Part shown: piece by piece, positions 1-9,768 of the stretch
Layout: each line of letters begins with the position of its first letter
How positions within the stretch are numbered: the first letter of the stretch is position 1
Source of the DNA: an uncultured Rhodopirellula sp.
GTDB lineage: Bacteria; Planctomycetota; Planctomycetia; Pirellulales; Pirellulaceae
DNA: 44,230 nt
NCBI GenBank assembly: GCA_964007735.1
Contig: CAXGAI010000041.1
Location: forward strand, 1 to 44,230
Direction of reading: 5' to 3'
The notes under the pieces: model-generated
Database searches by the model: none
Told to the model about the DNA's origin: nothing
The model's input: only the letters and a program-made list of their open reading frames with translations
Program-made: the position numbers and the translations under genes

Positions 1-1
1 C

Positions 2-88
2 GGTGACGACATGTTCCGGGAAGTCCTTAACGAGCTCGGTTGCTCTGGAAGCACGGCTATTCGGACAGAGCTTGAAAAGAAGTATTAA
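2..88 (+). CDS. Possible 3' end of a gene truncated by the window edge
   Basis: Frame 2 is open from the edge (GDDMFREVLNELGCSGSTAIRTELEKKY) to TAA at 86-88. Too short to identify, and frame 3 is also open to 107. Confidence 0.25.
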   Translation, partial: GDDMFREVLNELGCSGSTAIRTELEKKY

Positions 89-290
89 GACAGACCGGAG
101 TGGTTGACGTTTTAGCAACAAAAGTAAGTCAAACCTGAGTTGTAGTCTTTTTGAGGACAAGCTTGATCTATTGTCGCAAAAATTACAATTGTCTGGGGAT
201 ATAGAATAAGTCTCTAATAGACACACAGGTCAGCGAAACGTACCAACGCTTCGTCAGCCTATAGTCTTAAATTTAAAAAGGTATTTTGGC

Positions 291-3158
291 ATGCATGTGA
301 TTGTAAAGTCTTCCATTCATTATTTCCTACTGATGCTTGCATTCGGTCTAGCGAGTGGCAGCTTTTTTCTACCAGTTGTCAAAGCTGATCCCGGAGGCCA
401 TTATTATCAAGTCGATTTCACAAGTCTTACTTATGAGAATGGAAGCTTTGCAGAAGTACGTGAGGCTTATTCTGCCAACAGGGATAACAGGCTATTCGGA
501 CCCTTCGCCGATCGGCTGCCCTCAATTAATATTGCCGACGGCGGAGAATACTTTCCTGTCAATACCGACTATTCCAATGAGAACTTCTGGACACGTTTGG
601 AATTTGTAATACGCGTTCCTAAACCGTCTGCGGTGAAAGGCACCATTATCTTTAATATAGACAACAATCAACGGAAAACTCTCCAATTCGAGTTGGCACC
701 GACTGATTCCACGCCAAGCCTCAGTGATTTTTTTTGGCAAAAACGAGCTGAGTATTACCAAAGTCTTATGAACAGAACTCGTTCCAACGCAGGCGCTGCA
801 TGGTTCCGTTATCAATATCGACAGAGCATGCAAAAATTGTCCGATTCACCTGAGTCGAATACATTGCGACAACAATTTCTTGATCGACAACGTTTCCGGA
901 ACGGAATGAATGACGAGCTGACATTCGCATTAGCGACCGGTGGAAGGGCAATAAGTGAAAATCTTCAGTTACATGATCCTTTGTTCGTAAGAGAAGATCA
1001 GGAACCATCTATTCCTATCGAGACTCTCGAGGGGATTACCATTCGAGAGTACGATTGGAAAGAGCTGACAAAAGATCTAAACCCTGAAAAGGATGTTTTA
1101 GCGAATGCAATTCCATACGATCAGCATGGTGTGTTCTTTCGTAGCTTTCAGGGGGTTCTCGATCTGGCCGATCAGATGAAGACTCAGGGAAGATACTTTG
1201 TCATGCTCGCTAATTCCGGAGCGGAGGATGCAGAATCCCACCAATTTTATGAACGCCAACTTTGTCTGTCCTTAGATAATGCTACCCGATTACTGGGTTC
1301 TCAGATGGTTGAAAGCCTAGTTCTTACTGGAGGCGATCTCTACCTTCGTACAGGGACGGATATCGCTTTGGTGCTCGAACCAACGGCGTTAGGTAAGAAC
1401 ACGCTTCTGCCATTATTGGCGGCCCAAATTTCAGCACGGGCTTCCGAAATGCCAAATGCCAACCGAGTATCCGGTAGAGTTGGGGAAGTCACCTATCATG
1501 GCTATGTGTCGGAAGATCGAGAGATATCAACGTACTGGGCTCTTGTCGAAGGTAATGTCGTCGTTACTAATTCAACCGCTCAATTGCAACGGCTCGTTGC
1601 AGTAGCTAATAAAGAGGTTGCAGCTCTTGCTGCCCTGGAAGAGTTTGCATTTTTCCGTAATAGATATTCCTTGGAAAATGAATCGGAATCGGCTTTTGTT
1701 TTTATTTCGGATGCAACGATTCGACGATGGTGTGGCCCTCAATGGCGGATTGCTTCCGCTCGTAGAACTCGCGCCGTCGCTAAAATGGCAGAGGCACAAG
1801 CCGCAAGTATGGACGCCTTGGTTAACGGGCGTGTGGCCTCCGGACCTCTGGAATCGCCCTTAGAGCAAATTGACGCGGGACAACTCACACTTACGCCTGC
1901 CGGCGTGCGTTCGGAGCTTTATGGTAGTCTCGAGTTTCAAACGCCGATCGGTGAAATGGACATCGCGTTGGTTTCTAAGGCCGAGGCTGATGGTTACCGT
2001 CAGTGGCGTGCGGGGTACCAGAGTCGATGGCGTAATTTCTTCGACCCGATTGGGATCCAGATTTCGTTGCGTGATGGCGTGTTTGAAAGCGATGTGACCG
2101 TTATGCCATTGATAGCGGGGTCTGATTATCGTGATTTGATTGACCTTTCTCAGGGGTCCTCGCTGAGCGGAAGTTCCGGTGACCCCCATGCAGAAACTAT
2201 TCTCCACTTTGTACTGTCGCTGAATCACGAGTCGGATATGCTTCGACAGCTAAATGGGGCAGCAGGTAATTTCGCACCAGGGCTCCAGGTAGATATCTTT
2301 AGCTGGATTGGAGATTCGGTCGCCTTCTATATCGATAAATCTACTTTTTGGGATGAATGGCTCGAAGTGGCTGAATCTGACTACGAAGGCCGGGAAATAG
2401 ATAGCCGTGATTCCGTAGAATTCCTGCAGGCCAATCTTAATCGTGTACCTGTTGCTATCAGGGTTGAGGTGGAGAGCGGATTCCGGCTGGGTTTATTCCT
2501 TACAGCACTGAAGGGCTTCGCAGAGTCGGCAGCACCAGGACTTCTTCGCTGGGAAACCTTAAACCATAAAGAACAACCGTATGTTAGTATCGCCTCGCCC
2601 ATGCTAGCTAACGATGATGATTTTCCAGAGGATTTAAGACTGTATTATTTGGCGACCGGTAAACAGTTATTGTTCACTTTAAATAAAGAAATGATCACCC
2701 GTGCTATTGATCGGGAACTGGCACGTACAGCTGGGCAAGAGTTTCCAGAAGATAAAGCGGATAGATTGGGTAGCAACATGAGCGTAAAAATTACGGAAAA
2801 AATGACTCGTTTGTATCTTCCCTTGATTGAAGACGCTTCAGCCCGTGATATGCAACGACTATCGTGGGAAAACCTTCCTATTCTCAACGAATGGAAAAAA
2901 CGATATCCGGCGAAGGACCCTATCGAAGTGCATCGTGAATTCTGGCAACGTACCTTAATATGTCCGGGAGGAGGACAGTACGTATGGAATGCGGAGACAC
3001 GACAGATCGAATCGACAGTATATGGCAGCCCCGCGAATCCGAAGATGCCAGCGAAAACTCCGATCCCAAAAATCCTTAAAGATCTTAAAGCGGGCGAATT
3101 TGGCGTTTCTTTTGAGGATGATGGTCTGCGGGCCCGCGTTTTGCTGGAGCTAGAGTAG
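291..3158 (+). CDS. Large secreted hypothetical protein (955 aa)
   Basis: Long ORF with an N-terminal hydrophobic signal-like segment (FLLMLAFGLASGSFFLPVVKA) and a C-terminal CPGGGQY motif. No catalytic motif recognised. The start could be slightly downstream. Confidence 0.8.
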   Translation: MHVIVKSSIHYFLLMLAFGLASGSFFLPVVKADPGGHYYQVDFTSLTYENGSFAEVREAYSANRDNRLFGPFADRLPSINIADGGEYFPVNTDYSNENFWTRLEFVIRVPKPSAVKGTIIFNIDNNQRKTLQFELAPTDSTPSLSDFFWQKRAEYYQSLMNRTRSNAGAAWFRYQYRQSMQKLSDSPESNTLRQQFLDRQRFRNGMNDELTFALATGGRAISENLQLHDPLFVREDQEPSIPIETLEGITIREYDWKELTKDLNPEKDVLANAIPYDQHGVFFRSFQGVLDLADQMKTQGRYFVMLANSGAEDAESHQFYERQLCLSLDNATRLLGSQMVESLVLTGGDLYLRTGTDIALVLEPTALGKNTLLPLLAAQISARASEMPNANRVSGRVGEVTYHGYVSEDREISTYWALVEGNVVVTNSTAQLQRLVAVANKEVAALAALEEFAFFRNRYSLENESESAFVFISDATIRRWCGPQWRIASARRTRAVAKMAEAQAASMDALVNGRVASGPLESPLEQIDAGQLTLTPAGVRSELYGSLEFQTPIGEMDIALVSKAEADGYRQWRAGYQSRWRNFFDPIGIQISLRDGVFESDVTVMPLIAGSDYRDLIDLSQGSSLSGSSGDPHAETILHFVLSLNHESDMLRQLNGAAGNFAPGLQVDIFSWIGDSVAFYIDKSTFWDEWLEVAESDYEGREIDSRDSVEFLQANLNRVPVAIRVEVESGFRLGLFLTALKGFAESAAPGLLRWETLNHKEQPYVSIASPMLANDDDFPEDLRLYYLATGKQLLFTLNKEMITRAIDRELARTAGQEFPEDKADRLGSNMSVKITEKMTRLYLPLIEDASARDMQRLSWENLPILNEWKKRYPAKDPIEVHREFWQRTLICPGGGQYVWNAETRQIESTVYGSPANPKMPAKTPIPKILKDLKAGEFGVSFEDDGLRARVLLELE

Positions 3159-3440
3159 GCTCAGTTCAATCACGAGTGCGACGAACTGGCTGACCGCAAT
3201 TCTCCTGTTGGTTTTGCAGTTTGAATAGTACCGGTCATAGCCAGATGTTACCACGTCACCTGAAGGTAGTGATTGATAGCAATAGATTCCGTGTTACCGG
3301 TCTACTTACGGACTAAGTAAGGTTGATCAACAGCACACAATTCCGTTTGCAGGTGCCTATGATAATAGCGACAAGAGGATCAAAAGGTGTTTTAGATAGT
3401 TCATATCAGGTAATGGTCAGTCTAGGTTTGTGTCTCGCAT

Positions 3441-5885
3441 TTAGTTGTTTTTAGCAGCTCTGATTAAGTATGCGATTAGGTCTTTGATTTCTTCTTTGTT
3501 GAGGGTGTCAAGCAACCCGGATGGCATCGGCGATGTCTTGCCAGGATATGACTCATCAATGTCATCACGATTGACTTCGATCGTTTCCTGAGTGAATGGA
3601 TTGACTTCCAGCTTAAGCGTCTTACTGGAGACTCCGACAGGTCGCCCGGAAACGGAGGTTCCATCTATGAGGACATACACGGAATAACTGTATTTTGGAT
3701 CCACTACTTTCGACGGCTGGATGATCGACTCCAGAATCTGTGACGCGTTGAATCGTTTTGCGACGTTGGTTAAGTCAGGCCCGATCTGACCTCCTCGGGT
3801 ACCAACTTTATGACATTTCAGGCAGCTAGCCGCGGTAAGTGCACGTACCCCATCCTCATCAGGTCGATTGTGGCTAAATGCTGAGAGGTCTTTTGTTAAG
3901 TCTTCCATTTTCCATTGTTGAACTAGCGGCCTATTGGTACTAAGATCGCCGGATTCAATTGGTTGATCGATCTTCTCGATTAGTTTTGCATAAGTCGACT
4001 TATCGCCGTCGGTGAGTATGTTGTAGAAGTCAGTGCGGATATCTGTCAGCCGTTCCCTAAGCTGATGACCACCAATCATCAGGCGAGTTCGCAAAAGCCA
4101 ATTCAGGAATGCGGTTTTGGTGTCTTCGGTCCAACCCTCTTTTAAATGCGTTAGCATTCTGGCCATACGGAGTTGCTGGTATTGAGTTGAGTCCTCATTG
4201 AGGAGCCGGATAGCGGATTCTATGACGCCAGGCGGCTGCAGATAGATGAGCAATTCACCAGCCATATGGTTAACTGACTCATGCTTACCGGGAAACAGAG
4301 GGCTAATGGCTTTGATCGCAACCTTTGCTTGCTCTTCAGAAGGTTTCCCTAGACGCAGGAAACAGAGTTGATATGCACGGAGCATAGTCAACTGCTGTTC
4401 TAAGGGCAGTTTTGTTAGGTCGAATCGCTGAAGCGCGTTAAAGACATCCGGTTGGTGTTCAGGGCCCCCACTGCGGCATAGTGCTATGAGCCCGGTTGCA
4501 CAACGTAACGGATTGTCATCACGCAACACTTTGTCTTGCCAAAATTGGAACGGTTGCCGCTCTAGAGCTTTCATAGCCGAGAATCTTAGCCAGCGATCAT
4601 CGCGGCCAAGGACTGGCCATGCTTCCAGATCAGACGTGTTGCCAACTCCCTCCTGATAGCTGTCGAAGATTTGCCTTGTAGTGCGTCCGCGTTTTCCGAT
4701 GGACACGGATGTGCGGTGTATTTGAGGGCCGGACGAAGTCGGTTCGATGAATGGATCAACCGTCACGCGATAGAGGCCTGACTGTGAACCGCGACCACCG
4801 GTGATGAAGTAGAGGTTTCCATCCGATCCCACTTCCATATCACAAATATTCAATGGGGCACCTTCGAGAAACAATTCGTATTCGCCACGGTAGCTCGCTC
4901 CAACCGGAATCAGATCCACAAGCAGGATACGTCCGTTTTGCCAATCTGCGGCATACATTCCTTGCTGAAATCGTTTTGGCCATTCGAGTGTATGTCCAGA
5001 TACCAATCCTGTTGGGGATCCGAGGCCGAGATCGAGCGTCGACGGAAGGCTGTCAGCATAGTAAGTAGGCCACTTTCCTGTGCCCCAACGCCAACCGTAT
5101 TCTCCGCCGGGCACGATATGATTTATGCGGGTGGGACGATACCAGGGTTGCCCCACATCCCACTCCATATCGGCATCAAATGTAAACATCTCGTTGTCGG
5201 CATTAAATGCTATGTCGACCTGATTTCGCAGTCCCCCCGCGATGACGTGAAATGACTTGCCTTCCGGATCCATTCGCAAAATGTACCCAACACGATCGTC
5301 CTGACCGGCATCATGAGGATTTGGCAGCAGCCAGTCTTTCTGGGCATTGTTGTATGTGGATGTCTTCGCAACTTCTGCCGGCATGACCACATCGTTGCCA
5401 CAGGCCAGGTAAATCTGGTTGTCGGGGCCGAGTGTAATCTGGTTCATTCCGTGGCCGAATCTACTTTTATATTCAAGCGGCAATAACAATTCCTCTTTAT
5501 CTAAAGTCCCATCACCCGAGGTATCCCGCAGGCGATAGAATGCCTGTGAGTTGGTGGCGCTGACGTAAATACTGTCATGGGCATACAGTACGCCACGGCA
5601 ATGTTTGAGCGAGTTGTTGATTCTCTTAAATGGAATCTCATCTCCGTTGGCAATCATGTCCAGATGCCCGACACCGACAGTATCCAGACCTAAAATGATA
5701 TTCCCCTTGTCATCAAACGACATACTAATCCACGAGTCTTCACCTTCCTGTGCAGATCTCAGTAATTCAACCTTGAATCCGGGTTGGACTGTGATGTCGG
5801 TGACAGGTGTTGCGGTATTAGCCTGCGCAAAGGCGCAGGTTGTGTAGAGCAGGCCGTAAATCAAAGACGCAATACGATGAATCAT
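3441..5885 (-). CDS. PVC-type membrane-bound dehydrogenase domain protein with HEAT-like region and C-terminal c-type heme domain
   Basis: Beta-propeller-type motifs VQPGFKVELL, GGLRNQVDIAF and GGEYGWR; heme motif CLKCH followed by GGQIGPDLT and SPMPSGL. Start placed at MIHRIAS (5885), which gives a signal peptide; the ORF track starts at 6014. Confidence 0.88.
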   Translation of the reverse strand: MIHRIASLIYGLLYTTCAFAQANTATPVTDITVQPGFKVELLRSAQEGEDSWISMSFDDKGNIILGLDTVGVGHLDMIANGDEIPFKRINNSLKHCRGVLYAHDSIYVSATNSQAFYRLRDTSGDGTLDKEELLLPLEYKSRFGHGMNQITLGPDNQIYLACGNDVVMPAEVAKTSTYNNAQKDWLLPNPHDAGQDDRVGYILRMDPEGKSFHVIAGGLRNQVDIAFNADNEMFTFDADMEWDVGQPWYRPTRINHIVPGGEYGWRWGTGKWPTYYADSLPSTLDLGLGSPTGLVSGHTLEWPKRFQQGMYAADWQNGRILLVDLIPVGASYRGEYELFLEGAPLNICDMEVGSDGNLYFITGGRGSQSGLYRVTVDPFIEPTSSGPQIHRTSVSIGKRGRTTRQIFDSYQEGVGNTSDLEAWPVLGRDDRWLRFSAMKALERQPFQFWQDKVLRDDNPLRCATGLIALCRSGGPEHQPDVFNALQRFDLTKLPLEQQLTMLRAYQLCFLRLGKPSEEQAKVAIKAISPLFPGKHESVNHMAGELLIYLQPPGVIESAIRLLNEDSTQYQQLRMARMLTHLKEGWTEDTKTAFLNWLLRTRLMIGGHQLRERLTDIRTDFYNILTDGDKSTYAKLIEKIDQPIESGDLSTNRPLVQQWKMEDLTKDLSAFSHNRPDEDGVRALTAASCLKCHKVGTRGGQIGPDLTNVAKRFNASQILESIIQPSKVVDPKYSYSVYVLIDGTSVSGRPVGVSSKTLKLEVNPFTQETIEVNRDDIDESYPGKTSPMPSGLLDTLNKEEIKDLIAYLIRAAKNN

Positions 5886-6452
5886 AGCTGTGGTTGTCCA
5901 AAAAATCCCGGTATGTGGTTTCAGCGATCTATTGTAATACATGCTCTGGAGACATGAATTAACCAATCCGCGTTGATTTAGTGTTCCCAATTCCAGTTGG
6001 TTACCACAATTCATAAGAGTACGGGATTAACGTACCCGAAGAAAATATTATTGTCCTGTGCGATAGACGGACGTAGAGACAATAAATTTGTTTTAGGATT
6101 CTAAAATTAGGTCTTCAGCCATATCAGCATCCCTTTAGCCGACAACTCCGTTTGTCGGGTGGATCGTAGGTTATGCGACAGCTTTGGCCTTTCCCCCGGA
6201 CGGGCCCACTTTGATTGACCCTCGACTGCGGCCATGCTAAAAATGGTCAAATCACAAACAGATCTGTTACGATGGGCTTTTTCATGAACCAGCTACCGTT
6301 CTAACGGTTGTTACATATCTAAGTGATTGAGCGCATATCCTAGCGTTTAAATTTACATTGGACAAAGGGTTGTAGAATCGCCGGGCGTGAGGAGTTTTTC
6401 ATCACACGCGGTCGACAAATACCACCGCACTTTTAAGGACGATACTTCAGCC

Positions 6453-7349
6453 ATGAGAACAATTGCAGGCCTAGTTACCTTCAGCTTTGCTTTATTAGCA
6501 ACTCAACAAAGTGCAGCCGAGACTCCACTAGTTAATTTGACGTCAAGTTCCGTAATAGGCGAGCAATCATCGGAGGTGACTTTTTATGCTATGGGGGACG
6601 TTCCGTACGCTCCAAACGAGGATCTGATATTACCAAAACAAATAGAAGAGTTACCGTTAGATGGTCGATTCCTGATCCATCTTGGCGATATAAAATCCGG
6701 TGCGTCGCCCTGCGCTGAAGAGGTATATATTAAAGTTAGTTCGATGTTGCGGAAGGCCAAGTCGCCGACATTCATTATCCCGGGCGACAATGAATGGAAC
6801 GACTGCACGAGTCCAAATGTTGCGTGGAAATATTGGATGAAGCACTTTCACAGCTTTGACAAGAACTGGGAGTATGACTTCGAAGTCAAACGGCAAAAAG
6901 CTCGCAACGAGAACTTCTCTTTTCGGCTTCGTGGCGTTCTGTTCGTCGGTATCAATCTAGTAGGTGGGCGAGTGCATGATGAAGCGGAGTGGAAAATACG
7001 ACATGCGCAAAACGTCGCTTGGCTCACACAAGTGTTAAAGGCCAACCAAGGGGCGCATCAGGCCATCGTGCTTTTTGGTCACGCGCATCCGATTGTAAAG
7101 CATAATGATTTCTTCACGCCCTTTGTTGATCTTGTCGAAAAGGCAAAGTTGCCGGTGTTGTACCTTCATGGAGACGGCCATAAGTGGATTAAGGATAAGC
7201 CGTTTGGAACAGAGCTTATCACGCGTGTGCAGGTTGATCAGGGAGGCCTTGCTCCGCCATTGAAGATTACTGTAAAGCCCGCTCTCAAAGATCCATTTGT
7301 TTTTGACCGTCGGCTTTCGCCTGCTCAGAAACAGGTTTTGCCACGTTGA
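6453..7349 (+). CDS. Secreted calcineurin-like metallophosphoesterase
   Basis: Motifs GDVPY, HLGDIK, PGDNEWND and LHGDGH. Signal peptide from ATG 6453 (MRTIAGLVTFSFALLATQQSAA). Confidence 0.85.
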   Translation: MRTIAGLVTFSFALLATQQSAAETPLVNLTSSSVIGEQSSEVTFYAMGDVPYAPNEDLILPKQIEELPLDGRFLIHLGDIKSGASPCAEEVYIKVSSMLRKAKSPTFIIPGDNEWNDCTSPNVAWKYWMKHFHSFDKNWEYDFEVKRQKARNENFSFRLRGVLFVGINLVGGRVHDEAEWKIRHAQNVAWLTQVLKANQGAHQAIVLFGHAHPIVKHNDFFTPFVDLVEKAKLPVLYLHGDGHKWIKDKPFGTELITRVQVDQGGLAPPLKITVKPALKDPFVFDRRLSPAQKQVLPR

Positions 7350-7764
7350 AATATGAAGCGTTCTAAAAGCCTGAGACTTGCGCTACACCATCGCAGATAG
7401 GCGGTGTCTCTCAGCAACCATACGGTTCGGTTGGTTCGTGTGCTGGCTAACCGTGCACTGTTTTCATGTTCGAATTCGTGGCATGTGTCGTGTTCACGAT
7501 AATCGAATTAGCACAGCGTCATAAAAGAGTCCGCGCATTCCATTGTGGGCGGATGCTGTCTACCTTTGCCTTTCATTTCGATGATTAATTCATCAGTTAA
7601 AATGCTTCGTCTATATAATAGCCCTACAACTAAAAAACGGGGGTTTACTAGCGGCCTCGATGTCATTGAACTTAAGAGGACTGCAAACGCGTCACTAGCT
7701 TGCGAAACCCATCCGTATGTCCTAGGGCAAAAGAATGACGCTTGCGCGAACTTATCCTAGTTTG

Positions 7765-8868
7765 TTATTTGACTGGTTTGGATTCGTAGCCCTTCCAGAC
7801 CCACTCAATCGCATGGGGCATGAATTGGGCTTTAGCATTGCGGATCCCATGGCCTGAATTGCGACAAAACAGATACTGATATTCATAGCCTTTGGCCTTA
7901 AGTACTTTTGCCATTCGGTGATTTGCTTCGACCCAATCATGCATGCCGTCACGCATCACGTTTGGGTTGAGTAAATCGCGATCGCCTACCGAAATGAAGA
8001 GGCGAATTGGCTTTTTTGGACTGGAAGGTATGATTGTTTTGTGAAATCCCCAGGCGCCATCAGGATACTTGGGATCAAAGGGCCAGGCCTGATTTACGAA
8101 GGTGCCGGATGTGGTGAGCACTCGCCGGTAAAGATCGGTACGAAACCATGCCATGATGAGCGAGGCGGAGCCTCCGGAACTGGACCCCATCACGGCGCGC
8201 CCATCAGGGTTCTTTGTTAATTTCAACTGATAGTGCTTCTCTACTCGCGGAAGCACTTCGGTTTCAATATATTCGGCAAATAATCCGGACATGTTGTCAT
8301 ACTCTTTTCCACGCTGGTGACCCTGAGCATCCCCGCCCCCATTGGCAATCTGGATGAGAATGATTGGGGGAATCCGTTTTTGTGCAATCAGGTTGTCCAG
8401 AATGTGCGGCAAGGTCATGTTGGGTTTTCCCTTGGGCCCATCGTGGCAAATCATAAAAGGCGCGTCGTTTGCTGCCTGATGCTGTTTAGGAATATAGACA
8501 GTAATTTGCCGCTTGTAGTCAATCTCATGGGTATCCACGATGAGCGTTTTTGGGTTTTGAGGGTCAACCGTGCCGAACTTCTCTCGAGCAATTCCAGGAT
8601 TGTAGATCGTGGTCTCCTTGGAGTCTATCGTAAACTGTTCTACCCTTCCTTGCGGAACGCCGGCAATCACCTTGAGTTCAGGTGCCGGAATATATTCAGG
8701 TCCAATCACAAAATTATGGTAGGAGTCAATTGGCGGACTCTCGCCCGGCTTGAGTATTTCAAACGGGGGTGCCTCAGCGGCATCGAATACTCGAACAGGG
8801 GGGGCTCCAACGCACGTTAATGAAGATAATAAGAGAAAAAGCAAAAGTGTCGCCGTAAATTTTGACAT
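7765..8868 (-). CDS. Secreted alpha/beta-hydrolase, enterochelin esterase (Fes)-like family
   Basis: VYIP, nucleophile elbow GSSSGG, VGDRD and GHG near the C-terminus; N-terminal signal peptide. Confidence 0.85.
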   Translation of the reverse strand: MSKFTATLLLFLLLSSLTCVGAPPVRVFDAAEAPPFEILKPGESPPIDSYHNFVIGPEYIPAPELKVIAGVPQGRVEQFTIDSKETTIYNPGIAREKFGTVDPQNPKTLIVDTHEIDYKRQITVYIPKQHQAANDAPFMICHDGPKGKPNMTLPHILDNLIAQKRIPPIILIQIANGGGDAQGHQRGKEYDNMSGLFAEYIETEVLPRVEKHYQLKLTKNPDGRAVMGSSSGGSASLIMAWFRTDLYRRVLTTSGTFVNQAWPFDPKYPDGAWGFHKTIIPSSPKKPIRLFISVGDRDLLNPNVMRDGMHDWVEANHRMAKVLKAKGYEYQYLFCRNSGHGIRNAKAQFMPHAIEWVWKGYESKPVK

Positions 8869-9150
8869 GAAAGATCCTTGTGAAAATTAGGAGCCATTAA
8901 GTAAGGGGCCTATTCGCTCCGAGCCGAGTTCATTTTGATAATCGTGTTAAAAGGTCAAAGACCACATCCTAACCCAACCGGTGCCTGAGGGCAAAAATGG
9001 AGCACTTAATGAATCTCCGGTCTTAAGTGGTTGAGGCACTAAAGGGGGGAGCGGCGAATTCTTTTTGCACATGCTGAAACCCTCAGTCGTCCCGATCCGT
9101 ACCGTATCTCTTCTTTCGAGTGCTTTGGCTAGAGTGTCGATGGGGTTTCG

Positions 9151-9768
9151 CTAAGGCACCCAGATGGCCCATGCGAGGACGAGAAGGAGAAAGCCTGCCA
9201 GGGTAACTATCAGGCCACTCCTGCGGCGTTTTTTGAGGTAAAAAAGCAAAGCCAGCCCGGTCACCGACACGAAGATCATGAGCACTGCGGAGATATCGAT
9301 CACCCACGACCAGGCCGTACCCGAATCGCGTCCTTTGTGGAGATCATTGAGAATTGCCACAGCCCCCGTTTTGATTTCAGTGAGGCTGTAAGCACCCGAG
9401 TTTCTGTCAATGAAAACGTCAGCAGAATAACCGGGGCCTTTGAACACAATCATACATTCATAACTGTCAGAAACGAATTCGGAAACGGCCCCTTTTAGAT
9501 GGTGTTTAGCTCGGAGAGCTTCCGCGATGGCTAAGCGATTCACATCATCAACGAGCCACGAGGTATTTAAATTCCCGGAATCATCCCGAATAACCTCTTT
9601 ATCGGCTCCAAACCAATCGGGGTGATTCAGAGTGATACCTGTGACCGCGAATAGCATCAAGGAGGCGAAGCTGATCATCGAAATATAGATGTGAAGCCAT
9701 CGGAAAAATGCTGAACTTTGTTTAACCCAGCGTCGAGAGCGTCTGTTTCCCGATCGAATTAATCCCAT
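9151..9768 (-). CDS. PepSY-associated TM helix domain protein
   Basis: RWLHIYISM, FAVTGITLNHPDWF, LNDLHKGRDSG and C-terminal TM helices. The ATG overlaps the upstream stop (TAATG). Confidence 0.9.
   Translation of the reverse strand: MGLIRSGNRRSRRWVKQSSAFFRWLHIYISMISFASLMLFAVTGITLNHPDWFGADKEVIRDDSGNLNTSWLVDDVNRLAIAEALRAKHHLKGAVSEFVSDSYECMIVFKGPGYSADVFIDRNSGAYSLTEIKTGAVAILNDLHKGRDSGTAWSWVIDISAVLMIFVSVTGLALLFYLKKRRRSGLIVTLAGFLLLVLAWAIWVP

Noticed and set aside
6015..6452. Several short hairpins in the divergent intergenic region (e.g. CCGACAA/TTGTCGG near 6139-6158)
   Set aside because: Stems are short, with no U-tract or recognisable RNA motif; consistent with chance or ordinary promoter DNA.
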